Assembly: GCA_001938485.1 (NCBI GenBank)
Contig: MQRK01255104.1
Location: 108,609 to 172,608 of the forward strand
Length of the DNA: 64,000 nucleotides
From: Girardia tigrina
Taxonomy: Eukaryota
Direction of reading: 5' to 3'
The notes under the pieces were generated by a model. It worked only from the letters and a program-made list of their open reading frames with translations. It was not told the DNA's origin and ran no database searches. Positions 39,390 to 52,300 of the stretch are shown in pieces (positions within the stretch are counted from its first letter, which is position 1; each line of letters starts with the position of its first letter). The translations under genes were made by a program, and so were the position numbers.

Positions 39390-42300
39390 TGGCGCGAGTT
39401 TTTTTGATAATTGAATAATTGAATCACCGTGGTAGTGGATTGGTAGTGATGAACAGTGAACAAACGAGCAGATTTAGCAGTAAGAAATATAACGGCGTCG
39501 AAAGAAGCCTCTGTCAGTCAAAAATGATTATGATAATGATTGTCCAAAACGATATAATAATCTCGATAACAAATTTACTGATAACAAAGACGATGACGAT
39601 GGAACCGTTTATGATAACGACAATAGAGGCAAATCAAACGAATGCGGTCCTATTCAGAACAGTCGATTCGATCGTGATCGCAGCGATTATCGAAAAGGGC
39701 GTGATGATTTCAATGAAAAACGACCGTCTTCGAATCGATACCGCAATGATTCCTACGATCGAAATAAAAACCGAGCTGATAAACGACGCGATCGACAAAT
39801 TCGATGAGAGATGGACGATATACAAATTTATAGTATTCAATTATCCCTCCCCGCAACCCGAACTTGTCCAATTACCTCTTTTATTATTTCATTTCGATTG
39901 ATCATGTCATAATTTTCTGAGATGTATTTCGTTACTTTCTCTGAGCCCGCGTGTGACAATAGCGTATGTATTTGTATGATCATTTCTTCTCTTTTTGACT
40001 TCGGTATTCAAATCTTTCCCCTGTTTGTTCTTATTATGCCGTCTTCAATCGTAAGCTTTCTTTCTTTACCTGAATTTGGGTCTCTTTTAATTTCTTCTAT
40101 TTCTTGTTGATATTTGAATATCTGCAATGTGTCCAGCACGTTGATTCTTCGAGTCTTTGTCTTCATCATTTTAGCATCTTCATGAGCCATCAAGCATTGC
40201 GTACATGTAACACATGTATTCCGAGACAACATATCTGCATTGGAATGATCTGTTACTTTTCTGTATTCTAAGTGCATGTCCAAGCTTGATAAATAAATTA
40301 TAAATGTCTGAAATTGCACCGTTATCAATTTTTTTGTTCTAACCATAAACGTAATTGCCTTATGATATGTTCTCAAAAGGAATCGCTTTCCGTATAAATA
40401 ATGATTAAAATGTTGACAGAAGTAATACATTGCCAACAGCTCATTCCGAGTAATGCAGTGTCCTTTTTCATTATTATTCATGGAGTGTGAACCATATGCA
40501 ATAACTCTCTCACGTGTGTCCTTGTCTCTTTGGGAAAATATTACTCTAATTGTGTCGAAACTGGTATCAATGTCTAGTATAAATTCTTTCTGGAAGTCTG
40601 GGAATCCTAGAATCGGTGGAGTTGTTAAAGCCTCTTTCATCTCTGCAAATACTATATCACATGCGTCTGTCCATAACAATTTCTTCTTCTTCAATCCACT
40701 TCAACATTGTTTTTGTTGCGGAGGAGCTGATCACAGAAGAATTGATTGTGTATTAAGAAATAAATGCATAATATGCGGAAAAGAAGGTCATTCATTTAAA
40801 AATTGTTTTATTATTCAGAACCGACAAACCAAAGTTCTAGCGAGAATATTGTGCGTCCATGAAGAACAACAAGAATATATAACAGACATTCATGACAAAA
40901 TTACCCATGACGTTGAAGATTATGAAGATGAAAAAAATGCTTTCCATTCTCCCGTATCTATCTCGTCGGTGGGGTTGTCGGGTCAATAGATAAAAATATC
41001 AGAAGAGATAGAGAGAGTGGAGGGTCTGTACAAAGAAGAAATAAGATGTTTCAGAAGTCAGATGTTCGACCATGGAGTGTTGTTATTTGCAATGATGTTC
41101 TAGTAAAAATGTTATGGGATTCAGGAGCCTCGGTTACAGTAATGAATAGAAAAACATGGAACTTAATGGGAGCATCATAATTTATAAAGTCATTAGTCAA
41201 ATTAGTCGGTGCTTTCTCAACATTTCATGAAACATGTCTGGGAAAGATACAAATACGCGTTCAATAGAAGGGGAAATCGGTGAAAACGGATATTATTGTA
41301 GTTAACACTATTTTGCCAGGATTTATCGGAGGAGTAGATATCATGAGATTGTTTCAAATATATTTGGCAGAAATCAACATCTTTAGAACACCTGCAGTAT
41401 TAGAAGATAAAGATAAAAGAATTTCAATGATATTAGAAATTTTAGGAAAAGAAAAATCCGCAAAATTTCGGAAACTAAGAGAGAAATATCAGAATATTTT
41501 TCTGGTTTCAAAATTTGATTTAGGTCTTACTAAATTGGTAAAGCATGGAATCGAAACGAACGGATCCCCGATTTCCCAAAATCCCGCAGACGGCGGATGC
41601 ACCTTAAAGACAAGATTGATGAGTTAATTAATAATTTATTATATTCAGGTATCATTAGTCCGTGTAAAAATCCATGGAATTCACCTTTGGTAGTTGTATC
41701 CAAGCAAGATGGCTCTATAAGAATGTGTCTGGATTTTCGGAAATTAAATGAAATTACATAAAAATATTCATTTTCAGTCCCGGATATAAACTTGCTTTTG
41801 GGTTCGCTAAATGGATCAGTAATTTTTTTCTATTGATTTAGGCGAAGCTTATTACCAAGTTGAACTTCTCGAGGACGCGAAGTTGAAGACATCATTCAGT
41901 ACTAAATGGGACAGTTCTGTTTCAACCGATTACCATTTGGATTATGTACCGCAGCAGCAACGTTTTAAAGTTTATTTCATAAGATTTTTGGAAATTTACT
42001 ATATAAAGGTGTTATAATTTACCTGGATGATATTTTGGTATATTCTAAAAATGAAGTGGATAACGCAAAACGATTGGAAGAAGTTTTTTCTCGCATACAA
42101 AATTCTGGATTGAAAGCAAACCAAGAAAAGTGCATTTCTCGAACAGAAAATTTAGTTTTCTTGGTCATGTAATCAGTCCCAAAGGAATCGAAACAAACGA
42201 TGACAAGATTTCCAAGGTCAAAGACACACCTATTCCAAACTGTGTTACACAAGTTCTTTCGGTTTTCGGATTATGTAATTATTATCGCAGGTTTATAATT

Positions 42301-44291
42301 GCCGCTCCTTTGTTCTGACGAAAAATGTGAATAATAAATTCGAATGGTCCAGCGCGTGCAATCAAAGCTTTAAAATGCTGAAAGAAAAATTATCATCTTC
42401 CCCGATTCTGGCATTTCCTGATTCGTCTAAAAATATGACTTTGGACACGGATGCAAGTTTCGGCGCTATTGGAGCAGTTTTGAGCCAAATAAATGAAAAT
42501 GAAACTGAAGAAGTTAGAGCATACGGGTCTCGAATACTTACTGATCACGAAAAAGGTTATTGTGTGACCAGAAAAGAGCTGTTGGCTCTCCATGAGTTCA
42601 TAATGTATTTCAAACATTATTTACTTGGAAAAAAGTTTGTGGCTAGAACAGATGATAAGGATTTGACGTATATGATAAATACGCACAAACAAATAAGCCC
42701 ACAGTTCCAGATATGGTTTGCTAATCTATCAGGTTTTAATTTTTATTTAGAATATCGAAAAGGCAGTGAACATGAAAATGCCGACGGGTTGTCAAGAATA
42801 TCAGAAAGTTTGTATTTTCAATGTTTGTCAAAACACGAAGACGCAAAAAGTGAAAAACCAAGAACCATATATCTAAATATCATGGATAACCTGAGGTCAG
42901 ATGATGAGATGAAGAAAATTCAAAATGGACATCCCATAATATTTTCAAATTTTAAACTGGTTGAAGGGAAATAATTTAGATGTCAGTGCGAATGTGAAGA
43001 AAAGTTGTTATTTCAAAGAATTAACAAACTAGGAGCTTGATGGAGATATCGTGATGTATCGTAAGAATGACCAGAAATTGATCATAATACCAGAATCATA
43101 TTCATTAAAATTGATTTCGTATATACATGAAGAATTATGCCATTTGGGAAGTAAGAAATTAATCGATTATATCAGTGACATATATTTCTGGCCAAACATG
43201 GTAAGATCAATTGAACACGAGATCAAGAAATGTATTATTTGCTCCAAGCGAAAAATATACACTAGGAAAACGAAAGAGGATTTTATTCCCCGAGAAAAAT
43301 TCGACCTTTAGAACAAGTAGGGATGGATATCGCATATTTTGCTGGCGAGAATGTCAAACACAAGTATCTTCTAGTATTAATTTAGTAAATTAGTAAGCCA
43401 TGGTGCGTCATGAAGAAAAAACAGTGGCTCAAAATATTTTGTATCATTGGATTTACAAGTTTGGAAAGCCTAGATCGTTTCTGTCTGATAGAGGCAAAGT
43501 TTTTGAAGGAAAATGCTTGCCAGTAAATTCGGTATTGAGCAAGAGTTTTCATCACCTTATCAGCATCAGTCAAATGGAATAGCAGAGAAAAAAATAAGAA
43601 CAGTCTGAGATATGCTTGTTACTTCTAAAATTGGAGAAAATTCTAATAAACAGTGGACTAGCTGGATACAATAGATCGAATTCTACATTAATGCAACTTA
43701 TCAAAGTTCAACTGGACGATCACCGTTTGAAATTATTTATGGGCGCAAATTATTACTACATGGACAATTCCAGGACTCCGAGATAGACCACAGTGGTAAT
43801 ATTGCTAAAGTAGAATTTTCAAGTAAGAAGACTGCAGACAAGTTGCGGTTGTTGGATAGATCCAAGAGGGGAGAGAGAGTTTTTCATGTTGGAGAAGAAG
43901 TTATGATAAAAATCGAGCCTCATAAGACAAAGAAAAACGGGTTCAGATACGAGGGACATTATAAAATTTTAGAATTTTTAAGTCCACGTCAGGTATTAAT
44001 AGATTTCCTGGGTCACTCAAAACCGAGAAGAATAGATTGGCTTAAGAAGAAGCAAGGATATTAAAAAGGAGGAAATTAGAATGTGTTCAATATGTTCTGC
44101 AATTGCGTAACAAGAATTAGCGATTACGCACAGAAAGGTTGTGTAATTGAAATTCACTCAACCCATTGGCGGGTCAGATCTTATTGCGTTGTTGGATATA
44201 TCTTGTTATATATATATCTTGTATTTTTGTATTTAAATGTAGTTTTATTTAACCGTTGTCTTTTAGTTCTTTTACTATCACGAACCCAACA
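39390..44291 (+). mobile_element. Degenerate near-full-length Ty3/Gypsy LTR retrotransposon (gag-PR-RT-RH-IN, PPT, 3' LTR)
   Basis: TGGCGC PBS-like site at ~39390. Two CCHC knuckles at 40705-40810. Protease LWDSGAS at 41112. RT motifs SPWNSP, MCLDFRKLN and YLDD (42020). RNase H LDTDAS...ELLA...NADGLSR. Integrase HEELCH...CIIC and SDRG...NG..E. PPT aaaaaggaggaaa at ~44063, then an LTR-like tail ending CCCAACA at 44291. Many stops and frameshifts. No matching 5' LTR seen. Confidence 0.93.
39842..40694 (-). mobile_element. Inverted pol fragment (RNase H to integrase zinc finger) of a related Gypsy element
   Basis: ORF 40008-40694 contains PILGFPDF..EFILDID.S, VIAYGS, ELLA and NADMLSR. After a stop the frame continues IHTLLSHAG (integrase HHCC start). 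Confidence 0.9.
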
Positions 44292-44373
44292 ACTTATACT
44301 AGAAATCACCCTATTTGATTACTTTTTAAAATTAAAAATTTGATCAGTGTAGTGACCCAGTCAATTATTATAT

Positions 44374-44416
<43 letters not shown>

Positions 44417-46619
44417 TTACTAAAAAGTATATCGATTATAAAAATCGATGAATAAAAATTTGATAATTTAAAGTTATCTTTCCTTGACTGAATTATGATC
44501 CTATCACTAGTGGTGTTGTTTGGACCGTTCTATTATTTATCAACTTAGCTGAGCGAAGTATTATCGAATCGAGACTCTGTCATCTAATTGTCGAATTGTA
44601 TCCTATTGCCGGACAATATCTTAACGATTTGCCGAATATTAAAGTTGTAATCATCAAACATAGAACGTTCAAGGATAATCCGTCATCTTTCAATTACCAA
44701 AATAAATATTAGAAGAAACGACACAACGAATAACCCAAGTTGTGTTGTCAAGGAATGACAGAATCATCGATTTTGTACGTTACGTCTTCGCCAATTACTG
44801 TGGTACTAAAAATCTTATATACGACTTGGATTCAAGCATGTTTTTATTATTTAATATAGTTTAATTAAAATTAATTTTTTTTATTTCTATTTATATAAAT
44901 ATTTTGATAAGTTAATCGAAGCATGTTTCAATTAGCTCTTTTACAATCAGATTATTTAATTTTCATTAATTTGAAAAATATCAATTCTGTTCGAAAGATC
45001 AGTGATCGCAAGTACGATTTTCACACAATTCCAATTTCAGCACACTCAAACACACACACCACATCCATACACAATTTAAAATATTCCTCACATTAACAAT
45101 TAATTAATCAAATTAATCATCCCAATAAAAAAGTCATTAATAACCACAAATTACATAAATTTCTAAACTATTTTCATCTAAAACATAAAACGTGTTAAAA
45201 ATTGAAGCAAAAAAAAACGAAAAAAAACAAAATTAAAAAAGAAAAATTCAAGTTGTATTTATTTCAGTTTATTTTTTTTTTGTTTCTTTTTATCTGTAAA
45301 TAAAATCGTAAGCACTTAATAAATTAAAACAAAAAATAACAATAATCACCAAATAAATATAAATATTATTCTTCTCGATTTATCCTAAATTAATTATAAA
45401 TAAAGAATAATTTATTTTAATTGCATGAAAAAAAACAGAGTAAAAAGAAATAGAAAAAACTACTTTCTCCACATCCTGTGCATCGCGATGTCACAAATCG
45501 TTGAGTTTTTCAGCAATTATTATCAATTTAATCGTGTCTTAGACGTGATTTCCAATACGTTACAAATTTCCCTTCAATTTTGTTCCAATACGACAAATTA
45601 TTCATTTAACTTTTATTCCTAACAATCTCGAGGACGGTTTATCTGTTTTCTTCTTGTAATCACTTATTAATATTTATGAATTGCTGCAACATTTTTGACA
45701 GAAACAAAACTGGAGTTAATATTACTTAGAAAGAACACATTTAACAAAGATTAATTGCATTTTATTTCGAGGATTTTGTGAACATCTTGTCATTTATTCT
45801 CGTTTTGACTAACTATTCCGGAATACAAATGTCATGGAATTGTTTTTTGGAAGAAATATTTTTACTCTTCGAAATTATTTATTTATATATATAAATATAT
45901 ATATTCATATATTTCTATATGCGGTTAGAGAAATAATTATATATTTTATATTAAAGTGATATAATTATAAATAATGATAAGTAATTGTTTAGGAAATCTG
46001 TTTTTTATTTTTAATAATAAAAAAAATTGAAAAGTAAATATTACTTAAAAAATGGATTTATTTGAAAAATATTAATGGTAATCATTTGGAATTCATTGAA
46101 ATAATAAATTCCATTGGAATATGAGTGAGTTTTAAAGAATATTTTTTCTGAAAAATATAAGAATTAAAGTTTTAAGAATAAATAATATTATTAATAAAAA
46201 AATTTTTTATAAAAACAACCACGTTTTTCAAGCATTACCAATGCACTAAAAAGAGGAAAATAATTTTTTTCTAGACATGTGAGAAATTTTATACCNNNNN
46301 NNNNNNNNNNNNNNNNNNNNNNNNNNNNNNNNNNNNNNNNNNNNNNNNNNNNNNNNNNNNNNNNNNNNNNNNNNNNNNNNNNNNNNNNNNNNNNNNNNNN
46401 NNNNNNNNNNNNNNNNNNNNNNNNNNNNNNNNNNNNNNNNNNNNNNNNNNNNNNNNNNNNNNNNNNNNNNNNNNNNNNNNNNNNNNNNNNNNNNNNNNNN
46501 NNNNNNNNNNNNNNNNNNNNNNNNNNNNNNNNNNNNNNNNNNNNNNNNNNNNNNNGTTTTTATAAAAATTTTTTTTTATTAATAATATTATTTAACTATT
46601 TTTAGTTATCATTTAGGAA

Positions 46620-46785
46620 TTTTTTTTTCAAAATTTTTTTTATCAAATTGTATTGTCATCGGAACCAAGCCTGTCTAAAAAATTCAGCTCAATTGGATGA
46701 CTGAAAGTGGTCGAAAAATCAATCGCAAGATTTGTTCCAGACAGACAAACAGACAAGAAAGCAAGCTAATAAAAACGTGGTAAAA
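46620..46785 (+). mobile_element. Helentron-associated (HINE/DINE-like) non-autonomous element end
   Basis: attgtcatcgg...aaattcagctcaattgg...caagattt, a (CAGA)n-like tract, and terminal gctaataaaaacgtggtaaaa. The inverted partner accacgttttt lies at ~46218. Related to the 12.8 and 58-59 kb repeats. Confidence 0.35.
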
Positions 46786-46849
46786 ATGATCTAATTTTTC
46801 ATTATTATAACAATAAAATCATATTATCCGCTGGGAAACATTCCAGGAG

Positions 46850-47590
46850 TTATGACACAGTCGATGGAAGAAGTATCCTTGCAACTAAAGAAAATTTGAG
46901 TAACTCCCTTTGGGAATTAGATAACGATTTGGAATGAAGTGCGAATGTAAAAATTTGAATAAAAGACCATTTTTACGGCATCTTCGGAATTGAACTTTTT
47001 TATTATCAAAATATTTTTCAAATTGAGGAAGAAATGGTAGTCGAGTGGGACTAGATCTAGTGAGTATGTAGGATGATGCAGGAGTTCTAAAATTAGTTCC
47101 TGTAGTTTCGTCACGGACTTAAGTTCAGTATGTAGTTTTGAGTTGTCGTGAACTAAGATGGAAGTCGACCTGTTTTACAGACGTGGCTGTTTTTTTGAGT
47201 TTCTGCAATCAGCTGCAGTAGACATCTTCTGTGATCGACGAACCAGGTTTCATGAAGTCATCATGTATTATACCCGCGGCAGACCTCAAAACACTCACAA
47301 TTATCTTCTTTTTATTAATGTTTTGCTTTGGACTGTATTTTATTGATTCATTCATCCACTCAGCTTGCTGAAGGTTTGTGATTTTCATCACAATTGCCTT
47401 ATGAATCTATAATGATTTGATAATTTGTTGATCATTAATTTTATTATCGTTCTCTCAATTTCTTTATGCAGTTTATTCTCACTAACTAGTTTGAATTTAA
47501 GTCGACAAAATGACTCTTTGCATCCCAGTTTTGAAGATGATGCTCCTAGTTCCGGTACCGTCTGTCATCTATCATCTTGACTCTAAGATC
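46850..47590 (-). pseudogene. Highly degenerate mariner transposase
   Basis: KKIIVSV...AGIIHDDFMKPG.SIT.DVYC, HDNS, and LLHHPTYSLDLVPLDYHFFLNL. Confidence 0.8.
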
Positions 47591-48074
47591 TATCATAAAC
47601 TTACATAGTTGGTATGATAATCACACTAACCTTGCCCTTAATTTTAATAAGCTGACATATTCTCATTTAGTATTATTAATTTTGTTTTAGTTTATTTTTA
47701 TTTTTTTTATTATTTTTTTGCAATCTTAAACATTTCGTTAGTTATGCAAAATAGATTTTAGTTGCTATATAAATTGTAAATAATCTTTTTTTCGTTTCCT
47801 TAATTCATATCGACCGATTAATTTGACCCGTAAAATCATAATTTAATGTTCCTTTAAAATATAGTTCTTTAATACTTATGTTCATCTAATTAATCGATTG
47901 ATTTTAGTTGAGAGTTTGCTCGATCGCTCTCAACTCTTGTTAGCCTACCATATGAATGTATATCTTTCTGATACATTACCTTATTTCTTGTTACTGGAAA
48001 TATATTTCCAAATATTCATTTGCTGTAACATTAAAACTTAACTGGTCAAGACTATATTGGAGTTCGGCTTATTA

Positions 48075-49314
48075 TTAGGTTGGTCGAAAAATAATGGCGG
48101 TTTTGGGACACAAACGTCAAAGACGTGCAAATTCACAGAAACAAAAGTTTATTAATCAAAGTATGAACCGTTGGCATCAATACATTTTGCCAACGAGAAA
48201 CAAGTTGTTTTATTCCATCAGCATAAAATGCATCGGTTCTCGAAGCGACGAATTCTTGGAAGGCATTTTGAGCATCATTTTGGTTTTTGAAAATATTTTC
48301 ACGTAAGAAGTTATACAAATGCCTGAAAAAGTAGAAGTTCGTTGGCGAGAGGTCTGGTGAATATGGTAGATGAGGCAGGGTTTCATAGCCCAACTCATTA
48401 AGCTTTTGAAGAGTCACTTTTGAAATATGAGGTCTAGCGTTATCATGAAGAAGGATGGNNNNNNNNNNNNNNNNNNNNNNNNNNNNNNNNNNNNNNNNNN
48501 NNNNNNNNNNNNNNNNNNNNNNNNNNNNNNNNNNNNNNNNNNNNNNNNNNNNNNNNNNNNNNNNNNNNNNNNNNNNNNNNNNNNNNNNNNNNNNNNNNNN
48601 NNNNNNNNNNNNNNNNNNNNNNNNNNNNNNNNNNNNNNNNNNNNNNNNNNNNNNNNNNNNNNNNNNNNNNNNNNNNNNNNNNNNNNNNNNNNNNNNAAAT
48701 GGATCGTTTTTATTGCGAAGATGATTGGCAGAACAAATTTCATAACGTCGGTTCTTTTGATTTTCATTCAAATCATGTGGAACCCATTTATCAAGTTTCT
48801 TGATTTTTCCAAGTTATTTTAAATGATCCAGGACTATTGATAGACTAATGCCCAACCCATCTGCAAGTTCTCTGATTGTTGTACGTGGATCTGTTTCTAT
48901 CATTGTGCTCAAATTGTCGTTGTTCACAGAAACTGGACGACCACGACCTTCTTCATCTTCAAGGTTTTCATCTCCATCAGAAAATTTTCGGAACCATCGT
49001 TGCACTGTGCGCTCAGAAGCTGTTCCTTTGCAAAACGCTTTATTGATATTGTGAGCTGTTTCTGCTGCTTTACGACCCATTTTAAATTTGTACAAGAAAA
49101 TTGCTCGAATTTTAATTTTTTTCCATTATTAATTTAGCACCGTAAATATTCTAAAAAATAACAGCAATATGTTAATAATGGCTATAGGAATATACAGCTA
49201 AGCATAAGATTTCAAATAATATCTAACACTAATGCATATAAACTTATATACATATCAAAGTAGATAAACAAAGTATTAAGCTCAAAAACCGCCATTATTT
49301 TTCGACCAACCTAA
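48075..49314 (-). mobile_element. Full-length mariner (cecropia/Hsmar1-like TIRs), inactive; contains an assembly gap
   Basis: Perfect 30-bp TIRs TTAGGTTGGTCGAAAAATAATGGCGGTTTT, with TA TSDs at 48073-74 and 49315-16. Motifs WVPHDL, HDNARPH and YSPDLSPTN (third D is N). In-frame stop at ~48814 and a frameshift near the ATG (49126). Gap 48459-48696. Confidence 0.95.
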
Positions 49315-52300
49315 TATGTAATTCTTAATTAATATCCTAAAACTCTTATGTTTTACCTTATTTGCTAGTTTTGATTCTTAAAATTGCATGTTATATAATA
49401 TTATCATTATTAACTTTTATTATTATGATTTCATTAATGAACTTTTGTAATAATGTAGTGATCGTATCGATGACTGGTAGGAATATTAAACATTGGTTTG
49501 TTGATTGATAATTTCATAAGTTACCGCGATAATTATAATTGTATTTAATAATGATAAGTGGTTAATAACTAAATAACTAACAATAATGATAATTATAATT
49601 TATATATTAATAAATTGTCATTAGATTTAGTTTTTTTGGTGTTTCAAACAATTATTTATTTATTTTTTAAAAAACTTCATAAAAACTTTACATATTTTTT
49701 ACATTCTAATATACATAACAACATTCATAAAAATAAACAATTTTTTTGATTAACAAATTCAAATAACATTCATAAAAATAAACACATATTTTAATTAAAA
49801 AATTCATTATCATTTTTTGAACAACACAACAGTACTAATATAACTACCCTGGTTAAACAGATTTAATTCTTTTATTTCGATTACTAGATTATGATAATTT
49901 TGATTTAATTTTGATTATTAATAGTACTTGTTTGGTATTGAATTCTTTGGATTTTGATAAAATAAAATTGCAGTTTACAAGGTGATAACGGTCATACTGT
50001 GGAAGCTGATAGCTCCAGTAACGTTTGTCATTTATCAACTTGACCTTATATTTTACAGGAGAAAACAAGTTTAAATGACTTTAGTTTAATATTTGAATTT
50101 GATAGATTTATCCTATTGCGTATCGTAAAATGTATCTCCTTGAATTATTAGTTCGATTTTGTTACGTATTAACATATAATTGTAAAACTTAACAAAAGAT
50201 AAGCGTTATGAAAGTATTAGCGACGATGCCCATGACATTGTTGTAGCTTGAATCTCCGATGTCAATGTTCATTTGCTTCTATGACCATTGTTAATCAATA
50301 TCCGATAAATAGTGACAATCCCTCTGTAGTAGCCATACCCCTATGGACATTAATTCATTGGCCGGGTCATCCTCAATGCCAGTTCCGAATCCGAAGATGA
50401 CTCGAAGTCTTACACTACTCGTATATGTTAGATGGAGAGGCATAGTTCACTTGAAGATCTTCAATTGGGAAATTGTCAAGAGCCTTTGAAGTTAGTAATA
50501 TAATGCACTTAAAGGTGGACTCACGAGCCTTAGTCGGTAGGTTAAGAACCTTTCCTTCTTAATCCTATCGGACTGGCCTCGACACACTATTGATGTTAAA
50601 ATTATCTTTCACGAAATTTTTGAATCAATTTGAGACTGTCTATTGCATAGTAGCATTGTATTAAAAAATACGCTATTGATATTATGGATGATTTCTGATA
50701 CTGATGTGCCGCGTACTTACTCGTACTTCATAAACATCGAATTTCTGCCTTTTCATTTTTTTAAAATATTGATTGTTAAAACATGTTATCAATAATTTTA
50801 ATTAATTTTTATTAATGTATGTAGATGTATGTAGAAATAAGACATAAAATAACTGAGCAACAAAGTATTATTTGAGTCATTGTCAAATTATTTGAGTTTA
50901 TTGTAATCATGTCTACAAATTTCATACTTGACAACCCAATAATATAAAATAAGACAAAACTCTCATTCTCCAATCTTTAAAAAAAACGCCATTTCATCAA
51001 CAAATTAATTCTCCTTAACTCATTAAAAAAAACTACAACATTCGTTCAAGTTTATTCTTCCTCTCCTCAAGTTGCCTCACAATTTATAATTTCCCAACAA
51101 CCAAAATTATTTACCCATCAAATGAACAATTTTCATTTACTCAATCCATTATTTTAGAAGATTGTTTGTTTTTGTCTACAACCAAATAAAAAACAACCCA
51201 AACTGTTCAAATCAGAAATTAGAAATGTTATTTGCATATTTAATACAAAATTAAAATTCATTTGAAAATCGACAAAAAAAGTATTTAAAATAAAATAAAA
51301 TAAAACTCAAACCCGGGAATCGTGTCGTCGAGCTGGCAAGTAGCACCGAGAATATATTATCAACTGAAACCCATATGATGAGTTTGTGATTAAGTAAATT
51401 ATGCTTCATTAATTTGCTGTGAGGAATTTAAAATTCAGAATCGAAATCCCATTTCTATATACCTAGTAAAGTAATTAACTAATATAATTTCTATCTGGAG
51501 ATATAATTTTCAAATCGGGTAAAGTTGTATTCAATATCTCGGGAGATTGTTTAAAGAAAATTTGTGGTCCTCCGAGACATAATGTTCTTGCTTATTGCTC
51601 AAACAAGAGAAGTGTATGCATTTTAACTGTTATACTATCTGTCCACTCCGACGATTTATCTTCTCATTAAATCGACCTTGTTCGAAAATAATCTGCAAAA
51701 ATCTTTCTCATTAACTTTGAACAACTCGACAATGAGTCGGGAATATTTTTAATGTATTTTTAAGCTTTGATTTTAATTAAAGAATTCGATTACGAATTTT
51801 GTTTCGTAACAATTTAGACCAAGACGAAAAGAAAAATGAAGAATAAAATAAATATTATTTTTTGTGGTGTTTTTTTTATAATTTTTTCACCAACGACAAT
51901 GATCTCAAAACCGAAGGAAAATGGAAATTGTTTTTCTTCAAAAAAATAAATAAATAAATAAAATAAAAATATAAATAAATACAACAAAATCTTAAACTCC
52001 GGGAGTTTTTTTTGTTATTTTCTTTCAATTTCAAGAATTGCGAATCGTCAAGAGAATGAATTGCAAATTAATAATGCAAACTTTCTGACAAAATGACAAA
52101 TAATTTGATGGCAACTGTTGTCATTCTTACCGAGAGACTATTCTCATCTTTATGCATTGTTCTTTCAGAAATTCAAACTCAGATTGAAGTTATATAGCAC
52201 CATATTAATAAATCTGTACAACATATAAATACCCAAGCGTATCCCATTAGACAGAATACTCTATAATTATTGTTTCGAAATATTTGTAGAATGCAAATAG

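Noticed and set aside
39419-39901. 160-aa Ile/Met/Thr-rich ORF as a host gene
   Set aside because: It is an off-frame reading of the low-complexity Asp/Arg/Asn-rich gag region of the Gypsy element.
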